The notes below the pieces were generated by a model. The model had not been told where the DNA came from. It did not search any database and saw only the letters and a list, made by a program, of their open reading frames with translations. The translations under genes were made by a program, and so were the position numbers. A stretch of 64,000 nt of DNA from Candidatus Versatilivorator sp. (GTDB taxonomy: Bacteria > Acidobacteriota > Terriglobia > Versatilivoradales > Versatilivoraceae), in the NCBI GenBank assembly GCA_965207735.1, contig OZ242296.1, forward strand, positions 4,864,001 to 4,928,000, read 5' to 3'. Positions 1 to 9,434 of this stretch are shown here, one piece after another. Every line of letters begins with the position of its first letter. The stretch's first letter is position 1.

Positions 1-126
1 GTTCAATAATGCAGCCAATCGAATTAACGGGACAGGGCCTTTGCTCCCGTAGGGTCACCAGGGTCCGTTGTTGCACTCTCGAATGGTCTGCACAGCAGGG
101 CGGGGCCCCGCTATTAGCGAACTCTT

Positions 127-519
127 TTGGCCAACGCGAAAAAAGCTTCCTTCTTCAAGCGGGTGTACCGTGTGGTGGGCGCGATTCCACCCGGACGGGT
201 GCTGACCTACGGGCAGATCGCCACCCTTGTCGGCACTCCCTACCTCGCCCGTCAAGTGGGTTGGGCCATGCACGGTTGTCCCCTTGGGCTGCCCTGGCAC
301 CGGGTGGTGGGGGCGGGCGGGCGCCTCCTGACCCGTTCTCCCAACCCGCCGGGGGGTTCCCTCCAGCAGCGTCAGCTCCTGGAACAGGAGGGAGTCCTGT
401 TTGCCGGTGAGCGGGTAGACATGAGTCGACACCAGTTCGTTCCTCCTCGAGGTTTCCTCAAGAGCAGACCCCAAGCATCCCCGGCCGCTCCCCACACGCG
501 GACGCCGCCAACGCGTTGA
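127..519 (+). CDS. Alkyltransferase-like (ATL/YbaZ, MGMT family) DNA-binding protein
   Basis: IPPGRVLTYGQIA...ARQVGWAM...PWHRVV; Trp replaces the catalytic Cys of PCHRV, which is diagnostic of ATLs. Confidence 0.9.
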   Translation: MANAKKASFFKRVYRVVGAIPPGRVLTYGQIATLVGTPYLARQVGWAMHGCPLGLPWHRVVGAGGRLLTRSPNPPGGSLQQRQLLEQEGVLFAGERVDMSRHQFVPPRGFLKSRPQASPAAPHTRTPPTR

Positions 520-552
520 GGCCCTGCTCGTTGATATTCACTTGCGGGACGG

Positions 553-907
553 CGCGTCGGCCCCCCTCCGGATCGACTGCGGGCTGTGCCTTTTGGTAGT
601 CACTCACGGGACGCCGCGTCTGCCCCCCTCCGGCTCGACAGCGGGCTCCGCCCTCTCGCCGACTCCCCCTCAAGGGGGGAGTGATACTTGAGGCTTGCAG
701 AGGGCTTATTGCCTGATTGCTGGGCAGGATGTAAACCATGTTCCCGGTCTAACGCATAAACTCCGTTCCCTCTTCAGAACACGGGTATCACTCCCCCCTT
801 GAGGGGGAGTCGCAGAAGCCGAGCCGAATGGCGAAGGCTGATGCGGAGGGGGGCAGACGCGGCGTCTCCGAACGGCAGCGCCGAATGGCGAAGGCTGATG
901 CGGTGGG
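553..907. repeat. Palindromic REP/CIR-like element, family C copy 1
   Basis: Internal inverted arms ctccccctcaaggggggagtgata (663-686) / tatcactcccccct-tgagggggag (786-809); inverted near-identical copy at 29866-30208. Confidence 0.85.
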
Positions 908-1069
908 AGCGATTGCGGCCGACCCATCAGAAATCCAACCTCTACCCTTTGGGAAACTCCCGCATACCCGCAACCCCAGGCTGCTGCCGGCGGCCGTGGG
1001 TCCCATGGTAAGATGAGCCCGCGCGGGCTGCGCTCATCGCCGCCGGCGCGTTGCTGGATGGGGGAGGCT

Positions 1070-1867
1070 ATGGCAGGGTGGAGTTGGAGTCGGCGCCTCA
1101 CCGGGCCCGCGTTGCTCCTGGGTCTGCTCGGGTGCGGATGCCGGGCTCAGGCGCCCGGCGGCAACTCCCTGTTGCTATGCGCCGCGGCCAGCACCACCGG
1201 TGTGGTTGAGGAGATCCGAGATCGATACAGCCGTCAGACAGGCCGGGCGGTCGAGTTGAACTTCGCCAGCACGGCCACCCTGGCGACACAGATCCGCAGC
1301 GGTGCCGAAGCCGATCTGTTTCTGGCGGCGGACGAGAGTTGGGCCCGGGTCCTGGCCGGCATCCCGGGTCTGGTCGTGGACCAAGTCGATTTGCTGGGCA
1401 ATGGCCTGGTAGTGGTGCTCCCCAAGGGCAGCGGGCGTTCCCTCGGATCCCCTCGGGAGTTGCTCGAGGCCTCCCTTGCATCGGTTGCCATGGCCAATCC
1501 CGATTCCATGGTTCCGGCGGGTGTCTACGCCCGGGAAGCCTTGGTCCGGCTGGGCCTGTGGGAAGCATTGCGGTCCAGAATGGTTTTTGGGGAAAACGTG
1601 CGGGCTGCGCTGGCCTACGTGGAGACAGGTAGCGTGGGGGCGGGCATCGTCTACCGAACCGATGCATTGGCCAGTTCTCGGGTCGATTCGACCCTTGAGA
1701 TCGCTCCAGGGTTGCACCGGCAGATTCGGTATCCGTTGTTGCTGCTGAGCCATGGCGGGAATTCCACCGCGGCCCGTGATCTGTTCGACTACCTGCAGGG
1801 CGCCGAAGCAGCCACCGTGTTCCGGAAGCACGGCTTCGCACTCCTGTCGGACACCCGGCGTGAGTAG
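1070..1867 (+). CDS. modA: Molybdate ABC transporter substrate-binding protein
   Basis: AAAS, NFASTATLATQIRSGAEADLFLAA, VPAGVYA, IVYRTDA; ATG 1070 follows GGGGAGG; upstream of modBC. Confidence 0.93.
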   Translation: MAGWSWSRRLTGPALLLGLLGCGCRAQAPGGNSLLLCAAASTTGVVEEIRDRYSRQTGRAVELNFASTATLATQIRSGAEADLFLAADESWARVLAGIPGLVVDQVDLLGNGLVVVLPKGSGRSLGSPRELLEASLASVAMANPDSMVPAGVYAREALVRLGLWEALRSRMVFGENVRAALAYVETGSVGAGIVYRTDALASSRVDSTLEIAPGLHRQIRYPLLLLSHGGNSTAARDLFDYLQGAEAATVFRKHGFALLSDTRRE

Positions 1868-1929
1868 GTTGCTGAAATAGCCGGGCCGATTGGACGGAGC
1901 CTCCTTCGTCGTCGCCGAGAGCGGTCTCC

Positions 1930-2616
1930 ATGGAATTCAGCGCCGCCGAATGGTCTGCGATTCACAATAGCCTGAGGGTCGGCCTCTTCGTGGTGCTCGC
2001 GAGTCTGCCGCTGGGCCTATGCCTGGGCTATGTGTTGGCGAGATTTCGGTTTCCGGGGAAGTGGCTGGTGGAGGTGGGGGTCAACCTGGCCCTGGTGATT
2101 CCGCCGGTGGTGACCGGTTACCTGCTGCTGCAGGTCTTCAAGCCGGCGGCTCCGGTGGGCGGATTCCTGAGTCGGACGCTGGGCCTCGGGGTGGCTTTCG
2201 AGTTTCCGGGACTGGTGGTCGCGGCCGCCGTGATGAGTTTTCCCCTGATGGTGCGAGCCATCCGGCTCGGCTTTCAGTCGGTGGATCCGAACCTCGAGAC
2301 CGCCGCCAGGACCCTGGGCGCGGGGTGGTGGAGGACCTTTTTCACCGTCAGCTTGCCGCTTGCCCGCAACGGCGTCATTGCCGGATGCGTTCTGGCCTTT
2401 GCCAGGAGCCTGGGAGAGTTCGGGGCAACCGTCATGCTGGCCAGCCAGAGAGAGGGCAACCGGACCATCCCGCTACTGATTTACACCCTGAAGGACAGGC
2501 CCGACGGGCTGGCGTCCATCTGGCCGTTGGTAGCGGTTTCGCTGCTTCTGGCCGCCGGCGCGCTGGCAGCCAGCGAATATCTGGAGCGCAGGGGGTTGCG
2601 GCATGAGTCGGCTTGA
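1930..2616 (+). CDS. modB: Molybdate ABC transporter permease
   Basis: LVIPPVVTGY, EAA-like loop ETAARTLGAG, FARSLGEFGAT. Confidence 0.95.
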   Translation: MEFSAAEWSAIHNSLRVGLFVVLASLPLGLCLGYVLARFRFPGKWLVEVGVNLALVIPPVVTGYLLLQVFKPAAPVGGFLSRTLGLGVAFEFPGLVVAAAVMSFPLMVRAIRLGFQSVDPNLETAARTLGAGWWRTFFTVSLPLARNGVIAGCVLAFARSLGEFGATVMLASQREGNRTIPLLIYTLKDRPDGLASIWPLVAVSLLLAAGALAASEYLERRGLRHESA

Positions 2617-3673
2617 CTTCAACTGCCGGCACCGGTTCCGGAGTGGGTTCGAGATCGACCTTGCCTTCGAGGCTACCGGGCTGGTGACCGCATTGTTCGG
2701 TCCCTCGGGAAGCGGGAAGACCAGCGTGCTCGGCATGATCGCGGGCTGGTTGCCTCCGCGTTTCGGTCGCATTCGGCTGGGCTCGCGCCGGCTCGACGAC
2801 AGTCCGGCTGGAATCCACGTGCCCACCGAACACCGGCAGGTCGGCATGGTGTTCCAGGACCATTGGCTCTTCCCTCACATGAGCGTCGAGGCCAACCTCG
2901 GCTACGGGCAACGGCGCCGGGGGAGCGGTCCTCCCATTCGTTTCGACAGGGTGGTGGAGGTGCTGGAGCTCGAGCAGCTGTTGAGGCGCTATCCGGGGAG
3001 CTTGTCCGGGGGTGAGCGCCAGCGGGTGGCTTTGGGGCGAGCGCTGTTGAGCAACCCGGAACTGCTCCTGATGGATGAGCCGCTGGCTGCTCTGGACGAG
3101 GCTCTCAAGCTTCGCGTGCTGGCCTATCTGGAACGGGTGGTCACGGAATGGAATGTTCCGACCCTGTTTGTCAGTCACGGACAGGCCGAGGTGCGCCGAT
3201 TCGCCCAGCAGGTGGTGGTGATGGAGCGAGGGCGAGCGGTGGCGGAGGGCAGTCCGGAAGAGGCTCTGGGTCAGCCCACCCCCTTGGGATGGACCCGTTC
3301 GGCCGGCCCGGTCAATCTGCTCCGGATCGATGAAGCCAGGCAGCGAGGCGACCAGTGGGTCGGAAGGCTGGGGGGACAGGAGATGAAGCTCCCTTCATTG
3401 AACAGCGCCCCTTCCCGGCCACTCTTTGTCCAGTTCCGGCCCTCGGATGTGACCTTGAGCCTTGAGGATGTCCAGGGGCTCAGCACCCGGAACCATGTTC
3501 GGGGCGTGGTCAGCCGAATGCTGGAGTTGGCAGGCGGATTTTTCGTGGCAGTGGACGTGGGGCAGATCCTGTGGGCCGAAGTGACCCCGGCCGCGGTGCG
3601 TGACCTGGGACTCCAACCGGGATCGCAGGTGACCTGCCTGATCAAGACCCGCAGCCTGGAGTGGGTGGGTTAG
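2603..3673 (+). CDS. modC: Molybdate ABC transporter ATP-binding protein with TOBE domain
   Basis: GPSGSGKT, LSGGERQR, LLLMDEP, C-terminal STRNHVRG TOBE. Confidence 0.95.
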   Translation: MSRLDFNCRHRFRSGFEIDLAFEATGLVTALFGPSGSGKTSVLGMIAGWLPPRFGRIRLGSRRLDDSPAGIHVPTEHRQVGMVFQDHWLFPHMSVEANLGYGQRRRGSGPPIRFDRVVEVLELEQLLRRYPGSLSGGERQRVALGRALLSNPELLLMDEPLAALDEALKLRVLAYLERVVTEWNVPTLFVSHGQAEVRRFAQQVVVMERGRAVAEGSPEEALGQPTPLGWTRSAGPVNLLRIDEARQRGDQWVGRLGGQEMKLPSLNSAPSRPLFVQFRPSDVTLSLEDVQGLSTRNHVRGVVSRMLELAGGFFVAVDVGQILWAEVTPAAVRDLGLQPGSQVTCLIKTRSLEWVG

Positions 3674-3770
3674 AAATCCCCCCGGAAGAAGGGTGGCCCC
3701 TGTGCCTCCCGCCCACTGAAACGCCCCGCCGACCTCGCGTATCGCCGGACGGCTCCAAAGGAGTGACCTC

Positions 3771-4700
3771 ATCAGCAACCGTCCTTCGCTGCCAGTCTGG
3801 ATTCGACTGAGGGCAGAGTACCTGGCGGCCCGGCTTCTGCTTGGAATCTTCGGTGCTCTCCCCAGGCGGGCCTCCCTGTGTCTGGCCCGGGGAGTTGCCG
3901 CCCTGGCCTACCGGAGCCTGGGCCATCTCCGCCGCACCGCTACCCGAAACCTGAACCTGGCCTTTCCGCACTGGACCCCCGAGCGGACCCGGGCGGTGGT
4001 CCGGGGAGTCTTCCGGAACTTTGGAAGACTGCTGGCCGAGTTCGCACAGCTGCCCAAGCTCACCCGAGACAATATTTCCCAGGTGGTGGTCTATGACGGC
4101 TTCGATCACTATGCCGAGTCTCTTCGCCAGGGCAACGGCACCCTTTTCCTGACCGCACATTACGGAGCCTGGGAGCTGTGCCCCTTTGCCCATGCGCTCT
4201 ACGGACACCCGCTGAAATTCGTGGTCCGGCCGATCGACAATCCCTACCTGGACCGACTGGTCAACGCCTATCGCACCGCATCCGGCAATCATGTCATTCG
4301 GAAGAAGGACTCCTTGAGGGAGATGCTCAGGACCCTGAAACGGAATGAAGGGGTCGGCATCCTGATCGACCAGAACACCACCCGCGACGCGGGAGTCTTT
4401 GTGGATTTCTTCGGCCTGCCGGCCTGCACCACCACGGTCCTGGCCGCCTTGGCCTTGCGAACGGGAGCCACTGTCATTCCGGGCGTGCTCATTTGGGACA
4501 GCGCCCGGAAGATCCATCGACTCCACTTCGAGCCGCCGGTCGAGATCGCCAAGACGGGTGACACCCGTGCCGACATCGTGGAGAATACGGCCCGCTTCAA
4601 CAAGATCCTGGAACGCCTGGTCAAGCAACACCCGGATCAATGGCTCTGGGTTCACCGCCGCTGGAAGACCCGACCGCCGGGGGAGATGTCACCCTATTAG
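3771..4700 (+). CDS. lpxL: Lipid A late acyltransferase (LpxL/HtrB family); probable non-canonical start
   Basis: AHYGAWE, ILIDQ, VDFFG, PDQWLWVHRRWKT; frame stays open upstream of GTG 3996 with NLNLAFP and a TM helix; AAGGAG 7 nt before in-frame ATC 3771. Confidence 0.85.
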   Translation: MSNRPSLPVWIRLRAEYLAARLLLGIFGALPRRASLCLARGVAALAYRSLGHLRRTATRNLNLAFPHWTPERTRAVVRGVFRNFGRLLAEFAQLPKLTRDNISQVVVYDGFDHYAESLRQGNGTLFLTAHYGAWELCPFAHALYGHPLKFVVRPIDNPYLDRLVNAYRTASGNHVIRKKDSLREMLRTLKRNEGVGILIDQNTTRDAGVFVDFFGLPACTTTVLAALALRTGATVIPGVLIWDSARKIHRLHFEPPVEIAKTGDTRADIVENTARFNKILERLVKQHPDQWLWVHRRWKTRPPGEMSPY

Positions 4701-4719
4701 TCGGGGGAGGATATTTTCC

Positions 4720-5901
4720 ATGAAGTCCGTTTCACAACAGTCGGCGGCACCTGTTCTGGTGGTGGCGGGCGAGGCTTCGGGAGACATGTATGCCGCTGAA
4801 CTGGTCCAAGCTCTGAGAAACAGGCTGGGTGCCTCCGGACCGGCCTTCTTCGGGTGCGGCGGCCCGGCTCTGCGGCAGGCGGGGATGGAGATCCAGGTCG
4901 ACAACCGCCAACTGAGTGTGCTGGGGCCATTCGAGGCCGTTTCTCATCTGGGCCGGTTTGTTGCCGCCTTGCGACAACTGGAGGCGGCCGCCAGGCAAAA
5001 GAAGCCTCGCTGGGCCATTCTGGTGGACTTCCCGGACTTCAACCTCCCTTTGGCCAAAAGGCTCAAGCGGCAGGGTGTGGGCATCCTCTATTTCATCAGC
5101 CCCCAGATTTGGGCCTGGCGCAAGCGCCGGGTGCATGCCCTTCGACGATGGGTGGACCGAATGATCGTGATTCTGCCCTTTGAGGCGGAGTTTTACCGGC
5201 GATACGGCATGCAGGTCGAATACGTGGGTCACCCCCTGGTGGATCGGGTGAAGCCTTCCTGCTCGCGGGCTCAGTTCCTGCGCTCCCTGCGGCTGGCCGA
5301 GGACCGTCTGACCATCAGTCTGCTTCCCGGTAGCCGATCCAGGGAAATCCGGTACAATCTGCCGGCCATGGCCCGCACGGCCCGGCGGCTCCAGTGGGAA
5401 CAGTCGGTTCAGTTCCTGGTCCCCCTGGCCTCTCCCCTGCATGCCCGGCTGGTCCGCGGTCTGATCCGGGACGAGGCCCCGGGGCTCTCGGCGGTGCTGG
5501 TCGAAGACGACACCTACAACGCCGTGGGGCACTCCGATCTGGCAGTGGTTTCGAGTGGCACGGCCACCCTGGAGGCCGCCCTGTTGGGAACTCCCCTGAT
5601 AGCGGTCTTCCGGATCTCAATTCCGAGTTGGATTGTCGGCCAGTACCTGATCGATGTGCCCTACTATAGCCTGGTCAACCTGATTGCCGGCCGCGAGGTC
5701 ATCCCCGAGCTCTACCAGCAGGACTTTACCGAAGATCGGCTCCATGCCGAGATCCGGAGGCTGCTTACCGAATCCGGCCCTTCCGCACGTGTTAAAATGG
5801 GGTTGTCCGAGGTTCGGGAAAGGCTGGGTTCGGGAGGAGCTATCTCAAAGGCGGCCGAGAGCATTGCTTCCTGGATGGAAGCCAAACCGAAAGGGGGATG
5901 A
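4720..5901 (+). CDS. lpxB: Lipid-A-disaccharide synthase
   Basis: VAGEASGD, VDFPDFN, SPQIWAW, ILPFE, YVGHPL, LLPGSRSRE, SGTATLE. Confidence 0.96.
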   Translation: MKSVSQQSAAPVLVVAGEASGDMYAAELVQALRNRLGASGPAFFGCGGPALRQAGMEIQVDNRQLSVLGPFEAVSHLGRFVAALRQLEAAARQKKPRWAILVDFPDFNLPLAKRLKRQGVGILYFISPQIWAWRKRRVHALRRWVDRMIVILPFEAEFYRRYGMQVEYVGHPLVDRVKPSCSRAQFLRSLRLAEDRLTISLLPGSRSREIRYNLPAMARTARRLQWEQSVQFLVPLASPLHARLVRGLIRDEAPGLSAVLVEDDTYNAVGHSDLAVVSSGTATLEAALLGTPLIAVFRISIPSWIVGQYLIDVPYYSLVNLIAGREVIPELYQQDFTEDRLHAEIRRLLTESGPSARVKMGLSEVRERLGSGGAISKAAESIASWMEAKPKGG

Positions 5902-6023
5902 TGCGGTCGCACTCCGGGTCGACCTTGCAGCCGGCCAGGATTTTCAGGTCCATGGAGACAACAGGATCGGGCCGATTGTCGTCCTAACCGTTTGGGAAGT
6001 CCGGAACGACTGGAGATACGCTG

Positions 6024-8192
6024 ATGTCAGAACGGTTCAATAGATCTTGTCCTTGGGGTTTTGCTTTCCTGGTGACATTGCTGGCCGGCGCTCCTCCCTT
6101 GTCGGCTCAGCAGATCGACCAGGGCCCCTCGATCGACGTTGAGGAGTACGACGTTTCGGTCGAGCTCCGGCCTTCTCAGCAGGAACTGCAGGCCGCCGCC
6201 ACCCTCAAGTTCTCCGCCAGCCAGGAGCGGTTGAGCCGAGTTTTCCTCGATTTCAATGCCAATCTGACCGTGAAGAGGGTCTACTTTGCGGAGCGTCCTC
6301 CGGCTCCAGGCAGCCTGTCGCAGGGCTCGTCGCGGACGCGGGTCGCCTCCGGACCGGATCAGGAGAGGGAAGGGGTGCCCTACCTGTCGCGGCGAAAATC
6401 CAACCCCGGGACTCCTTCGAATCCTGCATCCTCCTCTCCGGGCCCGATTTCTCAAGATCCCAACCTGCTCGAGTTTTACCAGGACGTTGACCAGCACCTC
6501 CTGGAAGTCCAACTCCCTCAGTCGCTCGATTCGGGACAGACGGCCTCCCTGGTGATTGAATATGACGGCAGGCTTTTCTCTGCCGATCACTCTCCCCTTT
6601 ACGGCGTCACTACTGCTCGTGTGAGTGAAGATCTGTGTTACCTGGTGGACGTCAGTCGATGGTTTCCCATGCACGGATACCGGGAGGACCGGGCCCGGGC
6701 CACCTTTCGGGTGACGGTGCCTCAGGGCTACCTGGTTGCCATGGACGGGGAGGTCGTCTCCCGGGAACGGCAGGAGGAACAGGAGACCTTCACCATCGTG
6801 AACCGGCAGCCGGATTTTCCCGGTTCGCTGGCTGCGGCCCCCTTCAATGAAATTTCCGTCCGGACGGGTCAGGTGGAGCTGCGGTATTACGTCATGGACC
6901 GAAAGCGGGACTACCTGGAGGCCCATACCCGGGTGATCGGGGAGCTGTTGGATCTCTATTCCGACAAGTTCGCGCCCTACCCCTCCCGAACCTTCAGGGT
7001 GGCGGTGATCGACGACGACTCCCTGTTGGGCTTTTCCTCGCCCGGCATGCAGTTTCTGGCCGACCGAGCCTTCGGCCCCGAGCCGAACGTCAACCTGCTG
7101 GCCAAGGAGATCGCCTATCAGTGGTGGGGTACCCTGGTCACCCCGCGGACCGAGCGGGACCTTTGGCTGAAAGAGGGATTCTCTTCCTACTCGGCACTGC
7201 TCTATCAGGAGAGCGTCTCCAGCCAAGAGGAGTTTGCCGGGCAACTCAAGGAGGTCGCCGTGGCGGCCCTGCTCTATGAAGGTGAGTCCTCCATCCTCAA
7301 CGCACAGCTTCTGGACCTTTACTCGCCCGAGTACAACTCCGTGCTCAAGAACAAGGGGGCCTATGTCCTGCACATGCTTCGGGCGGTGATCGGCGACGAG
7401 AAATGGTTTGAGTTGATCAAGCAATTCGTCTACGACTTCGGCTACAAGACCGCCTCCATTGGAGACTTCAAGGCCCTGGCCGAAAAGATTTCGGAACAGG
7501 ATCTGGGGTACTTCTTTTCCCAGTGGATTGAACAGACCGGCGTGCCCGAGTTCCAGTACGAATTCACCACCTACAGGCTCAGGGACGGTTTCCGGGTAGA
7601 CGGTGTGGTCAAACAGGATCTGGACCTCTTCAAGATGCCCATGGAAATTCTGATCGAGACCGAGGGGGAGGCCGAGACCAAACAGATCGAGGTCATGGGC
7701 ATGGAGTCCTTTTTTTCGGTCCAGACTTTCGGGAAGCCCATCAAGGCGGTCATCGACCCCAACCATCGGGTCCTGCGGGTCTCCGGAGACATTGAGCTGG
7801 CCACCCTCATTGCCAAGGGAGACGAGCTCAGAAGGATGGGCGAGTACACGCAAGCCATTACCCAGTACCAACAAGCGATCGAGTTGAAAAAGCGAAGTTC
7901 GCTGGCCTTCTTCCGGATCGGCGAAGTGTTCCTGGAGCAACGCAGCACTCAATCCGCCGCCAACTCCTTCCGGGAGGCCCTCAACGGCGACCTCGACCCC
8001 CAGTGGATTGAAGTCTGGTGCTACATCAACCTGGGCAAGATCTTCGATATGGCGGGTCAACGGGACCGGGCCCTCAATGAGTATCAGAAGGCTCTGGATA
8101 CCAACGACAACACCCAGGGCGCCCAGCAAATCGCCCAGAAGCACATCGAGGCACCCTATAAGTACCAGGGGCCCCAAGTGCTGATCCGATAA
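6024..8192 (+). CDS. Secreted M1-aminopeptidase-fold protein with C-terminal TPRs, probably non-catalytic
   Basis: Signal peptide; M1 landmarks QWWG, WLKEGF, KGAYVLHMLR, DLGYFFSQW; zinc motif reads KEIAY instead of HEXXH. Confidence 0.85.
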   Translation: MSERFNRSCPWGFAFLVTLLAGAPPLSAQQIDQGPSIDVEEYDVSVELRPSQQELQAAATLKFSASQERLSRVFLDFNANLTVKRVYFAERPPAPGSLSQGSSRTRVASGPDQEREGVPYLSRRKSNPGTPSNPASSSPGPISQDPNLLEFYQDVDQHLLEVQLPQSLDSGQTASLVIEYDGRLFSADHSPLYGVTTARVSEDLCYLVDVSRWFPMHGYREDRARATFRVTVPQGYLVAMDGEVVSRERQEEQETFTIVNRQPDFPGSLAAAPFNEISVRTGQVELRYYVMDRKRDYLEAHTRVIGELLDLYSDKFAPYPSRTFRVAVIDDDSLLGFSSPGMQFLADRAFGPEPNVNLLAKEIAYQWWGTLVTPRTERDLWLKEGFSSYSALLYQESVSSQEEFAGQLKEVAVAALLYEGESSILNAQLLDLYSPEYNSVLKNKGAYVLHMLRAVIGDEKWFELIKQFVYDFGYKTASIGDFKALAEKISEQDLGYFFSQWIEQTGVPEFQYEFTTYRLRDGFRVDGVVKQDLDLFKMPMEILIETEGEAETKQIEVMGMESFFSVQTFGKPIKAVIDPNHRVLRVSGDIELATLIAKGDELRRMGEYTQAITQYQQAIELKKRSSLAFFRIGEVFLEQRSTQSAANSFREALNGDLDPQWIEVWCYINLGKIFDMAGQRDRALNEYQKALDTNDNTQGAQQIAQKHIEAPYKYQGPQVLIR

Positions 8193-8378
8193 CCTGCAGC
8201 AGCCTGCCTCAAAGAGGGCGTGACACCTCCCGCTCCATCGCCCTCTTACCCCCTCCCAAACCCCTATTTCTCACCGGGTCGCTGGATTCATTTCCGGAAA
8301 AAGACAGCCTGTTACGGTCCGGACGGTAGACCCCGTCCGTTGCCGGTGTTCTTGGCCAAAAGTGGTTGGGTACAAGCG

Positions 8379-8407
8379 TTCATCAAGGCCACTTTCTATG
8401 ATATACT
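8379..8407 (+). promoter_or_regulatory. Sigma70-type promoter of vapBC
   Basis: TTCATC-17 bp-TATACT with extended TGn; overlapping gatat...atatc inverted repeat (8400-8422) as candidate operator. Confidence 0.55.
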
Positions 8408-8434
8408 ATCTAATTTGATATCCTGAGGAATATT

Positions 8435-8665
8435 ATGAAGGTCTCCAAGTGGGGCAACAGTCTCGCCATTCGACTACCCAAGGCACTGGTTGAGGACCTC
8501 GATCTGAAGCCTGGAGACCTGTTGGAGGTCATATCCGCAGCGCCGAATCGCATCGCTGTCGCAAGAGATGAGCGACGGGCCCTGGCTGTCGAACGAATGC
8601 GGGCTCGGGCATTGTCCATACCCGACGACTACGTGTTCGACCGCGAGGAGGCCAACACCCGGTGA
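8435..8665 (+). CDS. vapB: AbrB/MazE-fold antitoxin (VapB)
   Basis: MKVSKWGNSLAIRLPK; GTGA overlap with the toxin gene. Confidence 0.92.
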   Translation: MKVSKWGNSLAIRLPKALVEDLDLKPGDLLEVISAAPNRIAVARDERRALAVERMRARALSIPDDYVFDREEANTR

Positions 8666-9060
8666 TCGCGTTCCTCAACACGAACATTCTGATTCACGCC
8701 CAAGGCACCGGGGCCAAGAGCGAGGTTGCGCGACAGACAATCCTGGCGGGTGGTGTGATCAGTGTGCAGGTCCTGAGCGAGTTTGCTTCCGTCCTTCGCC
8801 GCAATTTCGGCTTTGAGTGGGACGTTATCGACGAGGCCATCGCCGATCTGAGAACTGCGCTCGATCCAGTCCGTCCCATCGGTATCGAAACCCACACAGA
8901 GGCTGTTGCCTTGGCCCGATCCCACGGCTTCAGCTTTTATGACGCTCTGATCGTCGCCTCCGCGCTGGAAGCCGGATGCGACATATTGCTAACGGAGGAT
9001 CTGCAGGCAGGCCGGCGCATCGCGAGTCTGACAATCCTCAATCCGTTCGCTCGACCGTAG
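8662..9060 (+). CDS. vapC: PIN-domain toxin (VapC)
   Basis: FLNTNIL, SVQVLSEF, FYDALIVASA, LLTEDL. Confidence 0.9.
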   Translation: MIAFLNTNILIHAQGTGAKSEVARQTILAGGVISVQVLSEFASVLRRNFGFEWDVIDEAIADLRTALDPVRPIGIETHTEAVALARSHGFSFYDALIVASALEAGCDILLTEDLQAGRRIASLTILNPFARP

Positions 9061-9220
9061 TGACGGCTTCGCTCTTCGTTCGCGAGCACGCGCTGAGGGA
9101 AAAATTCCTGCGCCATGATCACGCCCCCTGGTGAGAATTGCGGGCTGGTGGCGAAGGCCGGGAGTGGTGCCCGGCGTGGCGCTGGTTGATGCGAACGCCT
9201 GAACAGAACTGGCTTGGTCA

Positions 9221-9433
9221 ATGAAGCACGCATGGACTTTGCAGCAGTCCCATCCGCCGGTCTACCGGTGCAGCCGTTGCAACCGGGACTTGCCCTCGAG
9301 AAGGCTTGAGCAGCTACCATGGGACGTCTGCCCGGGGAAGCGGCGGCCTGACCGGACCTGGCGGGCGAGAAATGTTCACGGCCTTACCTTCCCCAAGAAA
9401 CCGCCGAAGCAACTGTCGCTCCCGTTCGAGTGA
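9221..9433 (+). CDS. Small hypothetical Cys/His protein ending in QLSLPFE
   Basis: 70-aa ORF with H..CSRC..C and a C-terminal clamp-binding-like motif. Confidence 0.45.
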   Translation: MKHAWTLQQSHPPVYRCSRCNRDLPSRRLEQLPWDVCPGKRRPDRTWRARNVHGLTFPKKPPKQLSLPFE

Positions 9434-9434
9434 C

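Larger units (their letters stand above)
8261..9144. mobile_element. Non-autonomous family-A element carrying a vapBC pair
   Basis: Left end cccctatttctcaccgg (8261) and right end cctggtgagaattgcggg (to 9144) match the TIRs of the 243-bp MITE at 49414-49656; 9045-9144 is homologous to the MITE right arm. Confidence 0.65.
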
